This document shows, in pieces, positions 28,249 to 37,178 of a stretch of DNA of 64,000 nucleotides. The translations under genes and the position numbers were made by a program. The notes under the pieces were generated by a model. It was not told the origin of the DNA. It worked only from the letters and a program-made list of their open reading frames with translations, and did not search any database. Numbering within the stretch: position 1 is the stretch's first letter; each line of letters begins with the position of its first letter. The stretch lies in contig CAYPKD010000005.1 in NCBI GenBank assembly GCA_964411255.1, positions 109,631 to 173,630 on the forward strand, in the 5' to 3' direction. The DNA comes from an uncultured Gammaproteobacteria bacterium. GTDB taxonomy: Bacteria > Patescibacteriota > Patescibacteriia > UBA11705 > DATKZF01.

Positions 28249-29496
28249 ATGGCAGATAATTTAATAGCAGGAATAGACATAGGAACAGCAAATATCCGAG
28301 TAGTCGTTGCTCAGATAGCAAAAGTAGCTGACGAAGAACAGCTAAATATTATTGGCGTGATTGAAGTGCCATCTCAGGGCGTAAGTAAAGGCTCGATTGT
28401 TAGCATTGAAGACGCTGTTTCGAGTATTTCAAATGCATTGGAAGGAACTGAACGCATGATCGGCTTGCCTGTTGACAATGCTTGGGTTGGAATTTCAGGC
28501 GTGCATATTAATTCACAAGAAAGTAATGGAGTGATTGCTATTTCCCGGACAAGTGGAGAGATTCAGGATGATGACGTAGAGCGGGTGATAGAGGCCGCCA
28601 GATCAGTGGCAGCGCCGGTGAATTATGAAGTTTTGCATGTTATTCCAAAATCTTTTACAATAGATAATCAATCAGGTGTAAAAGATCCGATTGGCATGTC
28701 AGGCATCCGATTAGAGGTCACCACGCAGGTGATTAGAGGCTTGTCTTCACATATAAAGAACCTGACAAAAAGTATTTACCGCACAGGCCTGGATATAAAC
28801 GACATTATTTTATCATCTTTAGCAGCTTCAGAATCTGTGTTATCAGTTCGGCAAAAAGAATTAGGCGTTGCCTTGGTAGATATTGGTGCTTCAACTACAA
28901 ATGTAATTGTTTTTGAGGAAGGAGATGTTTTGCATACAGCTGTTATCCCAATTGGGTCAGATCACATAACTTCTGATATTGCTATTGGTCTGCAAACCTC
29001 AATTGAAATAGCAGAAAGAGTAAAATTAGAGCATGGCAGCTGTAGCCCAAAGGATTTTGATAAAAAAGACATAGTAAATTTGCAGGATTTAGGTGGAGAC
29101 AATCAGGATTTTTCAAGAAAATACATTGCAGAGATAATAGAAGCCAGAGTTGATGAAATCTTTGAAAAAATTGATGCGGAGTTGCAAAAAATTAATAGGA
29201 GTGGTTTACTACCTGCAGGGATAGTATTGGTGGGTAGTGGAGCCAAATTAGCAAGCATTGTAGATGTTGGTAAGAAAAAGACAATGCTACCTGTATCATT
29301 AGGTAAAATACAAACATTTACAACTGCTGTGGATAACGTTCATGACATTTCTTTTGCCACTGCATTAGGCCTGGTTTTATGGGGCTACCAGATGGGACAG
29401 GAAGATAATAAGCAATTTGGATTTACAAATAAATTTGGTACAATAAAGGAATCAGCAGGCCGAATAAAAAATTGGTTCAAGTCATTAATATCTTAG
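28249..29496 (+). CDS. ftsA: Cell division protein FtsA
   Basis: Actin-like ATPase N-terminus IAGIDIGTANIRVVVAQ; DIGASTTNV; SHSP-like 1C insertion; ftsA-ftsZ synteny. Confidence 0.95.
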   Translation: MADNLIAGIDIGTANIRVVVAQIAKVADEEQLNIIGVIEVPSQGVSKGSIVSIEDAVSSISNALEGTERMIGLPVDNAWVGISGVHINSQESNGVIAISRTSGEIQDDDVERVIEAARSVAAPVNYEVLHVIPKSFTIDNQSGVKDPIGMSGIRLEVTTQVIRGLSSHIKNLTKSIYRTGLDINDIILSSLAASESVLSVRQKELGVALVDIGASTTNVIVFEEGDVLHTAVIPIGSDHITSDIAIGLQTSIEIAERVKLEHGSCSPKDFDKKDIVNLQDLGGDNQDFSRKYIAEIIEARVDEIFEKIDAELQKINRSGLLPAGIVLVGSGAKLASIVDVGKKKTMLPVSLGKIQTFTTAVDNVHDISFATALGLVLWGYQMGQEDNKQFGFTNKFGTIKESAGRIKNWFKSLIS

Positions 29497-29578
29497 GGCC
29501 GTAGGCCAGTAGGATAGTAGGTTGGTAGGAAACACCATAAACTTACAGTCCTACAGCCCTACTAGCCTACAATCCTAA
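29497..29578. repeat. Imperfect long hairpin built from TAGG units on an 8-nt period, between ftsA and ftsZ
   Basis: Arm 29502-29529 (tagg-ccag-tagg-atag-tagg-ttgg-tagg) pairs with arm 29550-29577 (ccta-cagc-ccta-ctag-ccta-caat-ccta). Confidence 0.5.
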
Positions 29579-29582
29579 AAAT

Positions 29583-30788
29583 ATGCAAGAAGTTAAACCA
29601 GAGATCGAAACCTTTGCCAAAATTAAGGTTTTTGGTATTGGAGGAGGGGGCGGATCTGCATTGAATCGAATGATTCAACATAGAATAAGGGGGGTTGAAT
29701 TTGTAGCTATAAATACTGATCTTCAGGCGCTACAACATTCTTTGGCTGATAAAAAAATTCATGTTGGCCGGACTACAACCAGAGGATTAGGAGCAGGAAT
29801 GAACCCTGAAATAGGAAGAAAGGCAGCTGAAGAATCTCAAAATGAGCTGAGAGAGATATTAAAAGGGTCAGACATGGTTTTTATTACATATGGACTGGGC
29901 GGGGGCACTGGAACTGGTTCAGGACCAATTATAGCTGAATTAGCCAAGGAGCAGGGAGCATTGACTATTGCGGTAGTTACCAAGCCATTTTCTTTTGAAG
30001 GTGCTCCGCGTAGACAAATTGCTGATGAAGGATTAGAAAATTTAAAGGATAAAGTAGATACATTAATAACCATACCTAATGATCGAATTTGGCAGATTAT
30101 TGATAAAAAAACACCTTTGCTAGAAGCGTTTTCTGTTGTAGATGAAGTATTGAGGCAGGGGGTACAGGGTATTGCAGAATTGATTACTCTGCCAGGATTA
30201 ATCAATGTTGACTTTGCCGATGTCAAAACCATAATGAGAGAAACTGGTGCAGCCCTTATGGGAGTAGGACAGGCAACCGGTGAAAATAGGGCAATTGAAG
30301 CAGCAAAGGCAGCTATTTCCAGCCCATTATTAGAATTAAATATTGACGGCGCAAAAGGAATCTTATTTAATATTGTGGGCGGTAATGATATAACAATGTA
30401 TGAGATCAGCGAAGCTGCTAAAGTAATTACAGAAAGCGTTGATCCTGATGCAAAAATAATTTTCGGCGCAGTTATTGATGAAGAATTAAAGGATGAAATG
30501 AAGATAACCGTGGTAGCTACAGGTTTTGATCCAAGCGTTGCATTCCAGGAAAAACCAAGAGTCACTCATAGTGTTAGCCCTGTTACCAAGGATTATTTTC
30601 AGCCAGAAACAGAAACTACGGATCCATTTCCTACTGAAAAGCCGAAAACCCAGGAACCTGTTAAACAGCCTTCACCGCCAACTCAGGCTCCAGCACAAAC
30701 TGAACAGCCTGAACAGTCAGTAACTGATACTGAAAGCGATGATGAGGATTTAGAAATACCTGCATTTATTAGGCGAAAAATGATGTAA
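29583..30788 (+). CDS. ftsZ: Cell division GTPase FtsZ
   Basis: Tubulin signature GGGTGTGSGPIIAE; FGIGGGGGSA; T7 loop NVDFADV; Pro/Gln-rich C-terminal linker and C-terminal peptide DLEIPAFIRR. Confidence 0.97.
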   Translation: MQEVKPEIETFAKIKVFGIGGGGGSALNRMIQHRIRGVEFVAINTDLQALQHSLADKKIHVGRTTTRGLGAGMNPEIGRKAAEESQNELREILKGSDMVFITYGLGGGTGTGSGPIIAELAKEQGALTIAVVTKPFSFEGAPRRQIADEGLENLKDKVDTLITIPNDRIWQIIDKKTPLLEAFSVVDEVLRQGVQGIAELITLPGLINVDFADVKTIMRETGAALMGVGQATGENRAIEAAKAAISSPLLELNIDGAKGILFNIVGGNDITMYEISEAAKVITESVDPDAKIIFGAVIDEELKDEMKITVVATGFDPSVAFQEKPRVTHSVSPVTKDYFQPETETTDPFPTEKPKTQEPVKQPSPPTQAPAQTEQPEQSVTDTESDDEDLEIPAFIRRKMM

Positions 30789-31066
30789 TTACGAATAAGC
30801 TAATATAATCGAAAATTATTTAGAAAAATTGAATTAATTACAAATACAAAACTGCCCGAGAGGGTGGTTTTTTGATGACGCTAGACTTCACATAAGGTTA
30901 TGGTTAGCAGGCAAAATCGCAAAATATACAAAAATGTAAAATTTGGTTTTGTCTTTTTGCGTTTTTATTTTATGAACAGAAAAATTTTGCGCTTGAGCAT
31001 CATTACTTATCCACAAAAATTTTATGACGCCTAAATCGCCCGATTTTTAGCAGATGTTTTTCAGTT

Positions 31067-31095
31067 TTGAGGCATGGAAAAATTTATGATATACT
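31067..31095 (+). promoter_or_regulatory. Sigma70-type promoter (TTGAGG-17-TGaTATACT) giving an approximately 185-nt leader for nrdD
   Basis: Hexamers and extended -10 read directly; the leader contains an 8-codon uORF with an SD. Confidence 0.4.
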
Positions 31096-31287
31096 AGAAG
31101 TAGGAAAGGAGATTTATTGCCTAAATGAATAGAGCATATAAATTTTCCTAATTTAGCTTAAAAAGACCTTAAATAAATATCACATTTTTTTAGGCATTTG
31201 TCTAAAACTTTGTGGGGAAAAAACGTTTAAGACTACTTAAACGGCATATTTTTTCTCTCTCAAAAAGGAGGCTGTTAAAACAAACTT

Positions 31288-33381
31288 ATGACATGGGAAG
31301 ATAATAAAATATTACAAATTAGAAAAAGAGATGATAGAATCGTTGATTTTGGTCAGGAAAAGATTACCAGTGCTGTTTTCAATTCAATGAAAGCAGTTAA
31401 TGAGGGCAGTCAGGAGCTAGCTGAAAGAATCTCAGATCAAATAGTCCAAATTCTAAATGAGAGATTTCATGAAAGATCAATTCCAGCTGTTGAAGAAATT
31501 CAAGATATTGTTGAAGAAATACTGATGTCTAATAAAATGTTTAAGGTTGCCAGATCCTACATCATATACCGCGATCAGCATTCAAAAATGAGAGAGATAA
31601 AGTCAATGGTTAATTCAGATGAATTGATGGAAAGCTATCTAAAAAAGGTTGATTGGAGAGTAAAGGAAAACAGCAACATGGATTATTCGCTTCAGGGATT
31701 AAATAATTACGTTGCTGCCACTATAAGTTCACATTATTGGTTAAATAAAATATACCCGCCAAATATTCGGGATGCTCATGTAAACGGCGATTTTCATATT
31801 CATGATTTGCAGCTATTATCAGCATACTGCTGCGGCTGGGATTTAAAGGATTTATTAATTCGGGGTTTTGGAGGGGTGACTGGAAAAGTAGAAAGTTCTC
31901 CAGCAAAGCATTTTGGCACAGCACTTGGACAGTTGGTAAATTTCTTTTATACATTGCAGGGAGAATCAGCCGGTGCTCAGGCAATTTCAGGTTTTGACAC
32001 TTTTTTAGCACCATTTATTAAATTTGATAATTTAGAATATAAGGAAGTCAAACAGCAATTACAGGTGTTCCTTTTTAACATGAATGTCCCTACCAGAGTA
32101 GGCTTTCAGACACCTTTTACTAACATTACTTTAGATTTATTTATACCTGATAACATGATAGATGAACCGGTTATTGTCGGCGGCAAACCTCAGAGAGAAA
32201 AATACGGAGAATTTCAAAAAGAAATGGATATGTTTAATGAGGCCCTGGTTGAAGTGATGCTTGAAGGCGATAACAGAGGCAGAGTTTTTTCCTTTCCAAT
32301 CCCAACATACAATGTTACCAAGAATTGGGACTGGGATTCTCCAATAATTGACAGAATAATGGAAATGACTGCCAAATACGGAATTCCGTACTTTTCCAAC
32401 TATATTAATAGCGACATGAAACCAGAGGATGCCAGGTCAATGTGCTGCCGGCTACGTCTTGATAATCGCGAGCTTAGAAAGCGTGGCGGAGGTTTATTCG
32501 GCGCCAACCCACTGACTGGCTCAGTCGGAGTAGTAACCCTGAACATGTCACGAATCGGATATGTAGCAAAAGATAAAGAGGATTTTTTTGAAAGAATTGC
32601 TAAATTAATGGATTTGGCCAAGGAGAGCCTGAAAATAAAAAGAGATATCTTGGAAAGATTTACAGAAGGTGGCCTTTACCCATATACAAGATATTATTTG
32701 TCAACTGTAAAAGAACGCTTTGGATATTATTGGAAAAATCATTTTAATACCATTGGATTAAACGGCGTAAACGAAGCATGCATCAATTTGCTGGGAGTTG
32801 ACATTACAGATCCAGAAGGCAACAAATTTGCCCAGCAGACGCTTGATTTTATGAGTGAGAGGCTACACCAGTATCAGCTGTCATCATCTGACCTGTATAA
32901 TTTGGAAGCTACTCCAGCAGAAGGCACTTCGTATAGATTTGCCAGAATTGACAAAGAAAAACATCCTGATATTATTTGCGCCAATGAAAAGGAACATAAA
33001 GAAAGCGGAGCAGAGCCATATTACACGAATTCTACTCAGCTACCGGTCGGCTATACACATGACATGCTCGAGGCATTGAAGCAGCAGGATTCTCTACAGA
33101 CAAAATATACAGGCGGTACGGTTTTTCACGGATTTATTGGTGAAAGAATGCCATCAATTCAGGCAACGAAAAATTTAGTTAAAAGAATTGCTGAAAATTT
33201 CCACCTGCCATATTTTACAATCACACCTACTTTCAGTGTTTGTCCAAAACATGGATATATTGAGGGCGAGCATGAATTCTGCCCAAAATGCGATGAGGAA
33301 ATGGGATATGTGGACAGCGCCCTTTTGGAGTGGAACGAGGAAAAAGAACCAATTGAAAAAATAACAAATGAAAACAAATAA
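31288..33381 (+). CDS. nrdD: Anaerobic ribonucleoside-triphosphate reductase, large polypeptide (class III RNR) lacking an in-frame glycyl-radical motif
   Basis: N-terminal ATP-cone (ILQIRKRDDRIVDF...); class III core; C-terminal Zn ribbon CPKHGY...CPKCD. No RxxGY glycyl-radical motif before the stop. Confidence 0.9.
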   Translation: MTWEDNKILQIRKRDDRIVDFGQEKITSAVFNSMKAVNEGSQELAERISDQIVQILNERFHERSIPAVEEIQDIVEEILMSNKMFKVARSYIIYRDQHSKMREIKSMVNSDELMESYLKKVDWRVKENSNMDYSLQGLNNYVAATISSHYWLNKIYPPNIRDAHVNGDFHIHDLQLLSAYCCGWDLKDLLIRGFGGVTGKVESSPAKHFGTALGQLVNFFYTLQGESAGAQAISGFDTFLAPFIKFDNLEYKEVKQQLQVFLFNMNVPTRVGFQTPFTNITLDLFIPDNMIDEPVIVGGKPQREKYGEFQKEMDMFNEALVEVMLEGDNRGRVFSFPIPTYNVTKNWDWDSPIIDRIMEMTAKYGIPYFSNYINSDMKPEDARSMCCRLRLDNRELRKRGGGLFGANPLTGSVGVVTLNMSRIGYVAKDKEDFFERIAKLMDLAKESLKIKRDILERFTEGGLYPYTRYYLSTVKERFGYYWKNHFNTIGLNGVNEACINLLGVDITDPEGNKFAQQTLDFMSERLHQYQLSSSDLYNLEATPAEGTSYRFARIDKEKHPDIICANEKEHKESGAEPYYTNSTQLPVGYTHDMLEALKQQDSLQTKYTGGTVFHGFIGERMPSIQATKNLVKRIAENFHLPYFTITPTFSVCPKHGYIEGEHEFCPKCDEEMGYVDSALLEWNEEKEPIEKITNENK

Positions 33382-33406
33382 ATTAAATATAAATAAAAAA
33401 TAATAT

Positions 33407-33424
33407 CTACAACCTAGGTTGTAG
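33407..33424. promoter_or_regulatory. Perfect 18-nt palindrome CTACAACCTAGGTTGTAG overlapping the SD of the downstream micro-ORF
   Basis: Read directly; its last two bases are the first bases of AGGAGGGAG. Confidence 0.5.
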
Positions 33425-33443
33425 GAGGGAGTAAATATATCAT

Positions 33444-33587
33444 ATGACTTCACAAAAATTAGAAAGACAAAAATGCGAAATTTATTCACGAGTTGTCGGA
33501 TATTTAAGCCCGGTACAGCGGTGGAATAAAGGCAAAAAAGCAGAATTTTCCGATCGCAAAGTATTTAATCCATCTTCTAGTGACTAG
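33444..33587 (+). CDS. 47-aa micro-ORF encoding the NrdD glycyl-radical domain (RVVGYLSP...NKGK...DRK)
   Basis: SD AGGAGGGAG; the sequence CEIYSRVVGYLSPVQRWNKGKKAEFSDRKVF matches the conserved C-terminal glycyl-radical segment of NrdD (RVCGYLGSP..NxGK...RV). It lies in a different frame from nrdD and is separated from it by stop codons. Confidence 0.6.
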   Translation: MTSQKLERQKCEIYSRVVGYLSPVQRWNKGKKAEFSDRKVFNPSSSD

Positions 33588-33662
33588 CGTTTTACTCTCA
33601 CCGGATGTTAATATATAATAAAGTTAAGGCTTGTTTGGAGCCTTAACTTTTGTTCTAGATTT

Positions 33663-34364
33663 ATGAAAATCAGTGCAATGCAAACATTAACCCTAATTGA
33701 TTATCCAGGGCAGGTAGCTGCTACTGTTTTTACTTTTGGCTGCAGTTTCCGATGTCATTTTTGTCATAACCCAGAGCTTGTGTTGCCGTCCCAAAAGGTA
33801 AAAACATTATCCGAGAAAGATATTTTAGAATTTTTAGAAAAGAGGAAGGATTTTTTAGATGGATTATGCATTACTGGCGGTGAACCGACTATTTGGAAGG
33901 ATTTGCCAGAATTTATAAAAAAAGTGAAAAAGAAGAAATTAAAAGTAAAACTCGATACCAATGGAACCAATCCAGAGATGCTTAAGGATTTAATAGAAAA
34001 AAAATTAATTGATTATGTAGCAATGGATATTAAAGCGCCTTGGGACAAATATGAAAATATTGTTGGAAAAAAAATTGATATTAAAAAAATTAAAAAAAGC
34101 GCAAAACTTTTACTTGATGGCAAGCTTGATTATGAATTTAGAAGCACAATTCTACCGCGCCTACATCCGGTTAAAGATATAATTCAAATGGCAGAACAGA
34201 TCAAAGGAGCGCACAAGTATTATTTACAACAGTTTAAACCATTTGCTAAAATGGTAAATAAGGAATATATAAATGAAAAGCCATACAGACAGGCTGATTT
34301 AAAAAAGATCTGTATTAAAATAAAGCCAATGTTTAAAAAATGCGAGGTTAGAGAAAACGTGTAA
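33663..34364 (+). CDS. nrdG: Anaerobic RNR activating enzyme (radical SAM)
   Basis: CxxxCxxC cluster FGCSFRCHFCHNPE; GGEPT glycine-rich SAM motif. Confidence 0.9.
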   Translation: MKISAMQTLTLIDYPGQVAATVFTFGCSFRCHFCHNPELVLPSQKVKTLSEKDILEFLEKRKDFLDGLCITGGEPTIWKDLPEFIKKVKKKKLKVKLDTNGTNPEMLKDLIEKKLIDYVAMDIKAPWDKYENIVGKKIDIKKIKKSAKLLLDGKLDYEFRSTILPRLHPVKDIIQMAEQIKGAHKYYLQQFKPFAKMVNKEYINEKPYRQADLKKICIKIKPMFKKCEVRENV

Positions 34365-34596
34365 AGGTTACGGACTGATGCGGATTTTGGCAGATTATTG
34401 CAGAGTAGAGCAGGCTTTACGCGGACAATCCCTGCTGTCCAATCTGTCATCTCGAGCCCCTCGACTACGCTCAGGCCATGGCTCGGGGCAGGCTCCGTCG
34501 AGAGATCTTATATCAGACTTGCATAACCCAAAACAGGAGTAAATTTAGAAATTTATATTTTATATTTGATAATATTAAAATAATGACTAATGAATA

Positions 34597-35709
34597 ATGT
34601 CTAACGATGTTATGCCAGAAAAGCCAGACCAATCATTAGAAAGTCAATTAAAAATGGCCCGCCCGCAGCGTGCTGAGGTTAAGCGTGTGCCGCTAACGCC
34701 TGATGAAGATAAGTTTTTGTTTTTAATTTTAAATAAAGCAATTGCAGCGGAAAAGGCTGGCGATTTAGCAAAGGCGATTGGATTTTATACAGACTATAAA
34801 AACGAGTTATTAAAGATAAAAGGAAAAAAAGAAGGTGAAAAGACTTTTGAACTGAAAAAGCAATATAATGAACAAATTGATACTTTGAAAAAGGCCGGGT
34901 TGATTGAGCAATTACCAAGTGGAGAAATGGGATTTGTTGATATAAATGGCCAACCAAGAAGAATCCCGACTTATGAAGAAATTTTAGAGCGAGTTGAGGC
35001 CAAGAAAGAATTTGTTGAAAAAAAGAAAGAACAAGGTTTTACGCAACTGCTTTTAGTGCCGTTTGGTATGAAATTGAGTGATATGGCCGAGAAAGCCAAG
35101 GAATTAATATTAAAAAAACATAGACAAGGTAAATTAAAGGGGACAAACGGAGATGAGCTTGAATTGAATGAAGATCAGCCTTTTTGGCTGGCAGAAGAGT
35201 ATAAAGGGGGAGAAGTGGATATTGGTGAAGATAGCGATTTAGTTTATTTTCCAGAAAAGTATGATCAGGAAAATCACGGCGGAAAAACCAAGAAGGAAAT
35301 TATAGAAAAGACAGATGGCTGGGACATAATGTTTATAGAAGATTTATCGGATTTGCCAGCAGAAGGCAAGGGAAAAGAAGTTGGCGGAAGAAAGCAATTG
35401 GAAGCGAATAAAACGCCGGAGCAATATTTAAAAAAAATGAAAGAAGACGAGCAATACGCGGGAGAGAGCGGCATGACGCCTGAAGCTGAGCTGGCATATT
35501 TTATGCATTATTTGCAGAAAAATAATCAGGTAATTGATGATTGGGAAGGCAGCGGTAAAGTTAATTGGAATTTAGGCGGATATTTAAAAAGCTCGGGCGG
35601 CGTTTGCTGTTCAAGCTGGCTTCGGTCTGGTCGGCGGATGCGCCTGTTTTGGGTCGGTTCTGGTCTTCCCGATGACTTTCGCGCGGTTCGTGCCTCGGTC
35701 AGGATTTAG
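34597..35709 (+). CDS. Hypothetical protein; the C-terminal about 45 codons run through a GC-rich segment of non-protein-like composition
   Basis: Charged low-complexity N-terminal two-thirds. The tail SSGGVCCSSWLRSGRRMRLFWVGSG... is encoded by the GC-rich 35580-35710 segment, and the true 3' end is uncertain. Confidence 0.45.
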   Translation: MSNDVMPEKPDQSLESQLKMARPQRAEVKRVPLTPDEDKFLFLILNKAIAAEKAGDLAKAIGFYTDYKNELLKIKGKKEGEKTFELKKQYNEQIDTLKKAGLIEQLPSGEMGFVDINGQPRRIPTYEEILERVEAKKEFVEKKKEQGFTQLLLVPFGMKLSDMAEKAKELILKKHRQGKLKGTNGDELELNEDQPFWLAEEYKGGEVDIGEDSDLVYFPEKYDQENHGGKTKKEIIEKTDGWDIMFIEDLSDLPAEGKGKEVGGRKQLEANKTPEQYLKKMKEDEQYAGESGMTPEAELAYFMHYLQKNNQVIDDWEGSGKVNWNLGGYLKSSGGVCCSSWLRSGRRMRLFWVGSGLPDDFRAVRASVRI

Positions 35710-35745
35710 GATCTTGACCTTTGATATTTGATCCTTTTTTTGTTT
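35707..35745 (+). terminator. Intrinsic terminator (ggatc...gatcc stem, T-run)
   Basis: ggatcttgacctttgatatttgatcc followed by tttttttgttttttt. Confidence 0.55.
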
Positions 35746-35949
35746 TTTTTATCTTTGTTTTTTTAAAATCGGTGAATACAGGCTTACCTCGGAGTAAGCT
35801 ACCGAAACGTGTCTACTATTGAATTATAGTAATATGTTTAATACAAACCTGGGCGGCATTTGCTATATTTCATGGTATAATATTAATAACAATAAAAAAT
35901 TTGTAATCAATTTTTAACATCTAACTTTTGACTTGTAACTTATATTTAT

Positions 35950-36222
35950 ATGGAGGGTAAAAAAATAGAAGAAGAAATTAGACAAATAAAATCTTTATTA
36001 AAAAGAAATTTGGAATATTCAAGACAGGCAATAGAAATAGCTGAGAGAAACAAAAGATATATTTTGTGGATCAAGATTATTAATCTGCTTAAATTAATTG
36101 TAATTTTAATTCCTATTATTTTGGCCTTAATTTATTTGCCGCCAGTTGTAAAAGAATTTGTAGGCAAATATAAGGATTTATTCGGACCAGGAGGATTTTT
36201 TATAGAATATTTTTCTAAATAA
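35950..36222 (+). CDS. Small protein with N-terminal coiled-coil-like segment and C-terminal TM helix
   Basis: 90-aa ORF with hydrophobic stretch LIVILIPIILALIYL; followed by a bidirectional terminator at 36228-36256. Confidence 0.4.
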   Translation: MEGKKIEEEIRQIKSLLKRNLEYSRQAIEIAERNKRYILWIKIINLLKLIVILIPIILALIYLPPVVKEFVGKYKDLFGPGGFFIEYFSK

Positions 36223-36227
36223 AACAA

Positions 36228-36256
36228 AGACCCACCAAGTGCTCGGTGGGTTTTAT
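36228..36256. terminator. Bidirectional intrinsic terminator (agacccacc/ggtgggttt)
   Basis: 9-bp stem with an 8-nt loop between convergent ORFs. Confidence 0.6.
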
Positions 36257-36274
36257 AATACTCCTGTTTGATTA

Positions 36275-36556
36275 CTAGAGGTGAACTTCGAAGATCTTGG
36301 ATTTCGGATGCCTAGAATTCCGGCCGTTGACCGGGCTGAGAATCCGTCGTCCAATCATTCGACTGATCGCCCTTTTCAATCCCCTGCAAGTTCGGGGCAG
36401 ATGGCGCGCCATTGGCAGCGTGCTCAGATCCTCATCATCGAACTGATCTGGATCTGGAACTGCTACCCTGACAGCCACCTTGCCGACAACCTCGACAGGC
36501 TTGGCATGCGAGCCAATGAACTGAAAAAAGCGGGCAATCTCCATTTCTCTGGTCAT
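36275..36556 (-). CDS. GC-rich 93-aa hypothetical protein (convergent with the 35950-ORF)
   Basis: Excellent SD on the minus strand (AAAGGGAGGTcacgaATG). GC about 55% against a 33% background. Ala/Arg/Val/Pro-rich with an acidic patch PDPDQFDDEDL. Confidence 0.5.
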   Translation of the reverse strand: MTREMEIARFFQFIGSHAKPVEVVGKVAVRVAVPDPDQFDDEDLSTLPMARHLPRTCRGLKRAISRMIGRRILSPVNGRNSRHPKSKIFEVHL

Positions 36557-36723
36557 TCGTGACCTCCCTTTATATAAAAATGAACTTCAGAGTAATCATA
36601 TTATAATAACATATTTTTATAATTAAGTCAATAGATTTAGCTATTATTTATCTAATTTTAGCTATTTTTATATGATTATATTATGACTTTTAATTATGTA
36701 AAATTTAGTGTAAAATATAAGAT

Positions 36724-37053
36724 ATGGATTTTGCACAAGTGGTATTAAATACTGTACGAAAAGTGCCAAAAGGCAAAATAACAACCTATAAATTGCTTGC
36801 AAAAGCTTGTAATAAGCCAAAAGCAAGCAGATCAGTGGGAAGAGCATTAAATAAAAATAAATGTTCATTTTTTGAAAATATTGCTAAAAATAAAATGATC
36901 CCCTGTCATCGAGTAATATATTCTAATGGCAGAATTGGTGGATTTTCGAAAGGTGTTGAAAAAAAGATTGTATTATTAGAAAAGGAGGGAGTTTTGGTGC
37001 AGAATGGGCGAGTGTTGGAGTTTAGTGAAAGATTATATGAATTCAAAGATTAA
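36724..37053 (+). CDS. ogt: Methylated-DNA-protein-cysteine methyltransferase (DNA-binding/active-site domain only)
   Basis: VPKGKITTYKLLA...PKASRSVGRALNKN...IPCHRVI (PCHR active-site Cys) ...GGF...LLEKEGV. Confidence 0.8.
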   Translation: MDFAQVVLNTVRKVPKGKITTYKLLAKACNKPKASRSVGRALNKNKCSFFENIAKNKMIPCHRVIYSNGRIGGFSKGVEKKIVLLEKEGVLVQNGRVLEFSERLYEFKD

Positions 37054-37087
37054 TTATATTAAATTTAGTTATTGGGCGTTGGGATTG

Positions 37088-37146
37088 GCAGCCAGTATAG
37101 TCATTAGGTTTTCTAAAGACAAATGGCCAATGACAGAACTGGCAGC
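37088..37146. repeat. Imperfect inverted repeat (gcagccagtatagtcattagg / ccaatgacagaactggcagc) upstream of htrA; the left arm is an exact 18-nt inverted match of 10625-10642
   Basis: Reverse complement of 37088-37105 equals aatgactatactggctgc, which is found at 10625-10642. Confidence 0.5.
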
Positions 37147-37178
37147 TTTTGACTAAAGCCCAATGACCATTCAATAAT

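Noticed and set aside
29837-30565. 242-aa antisense ORF inside ftsZ
   Set aside because: It lies fully within the well-supported ftsZ coding region on the opposite strand. Its Ser/Thr/Pro/Ile-rich translation is a typical antisense artefact.
31006-31014. Perfect DnaA-box 9-mers (TTATCCACA here, TGTGGATAA at 57879-57887) as a possible oriC
   Set aside because: These are single isolated boxes, not clustered. There is no dnaA/dnaN neighbourhood and no AT-rich unwinding element pattern. Chance occurrence is plausible in 128 kb of two-strand sequence.
36281-36562. Plus-strand 93-aa ORF overlapping the GC-rich minus-strand ORF
   Set aside because: It has no SD or credible start context, whereas the minus-strand frame has a textbook AGGGAGGT SD. 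GC-rich DNA is open in many frames.
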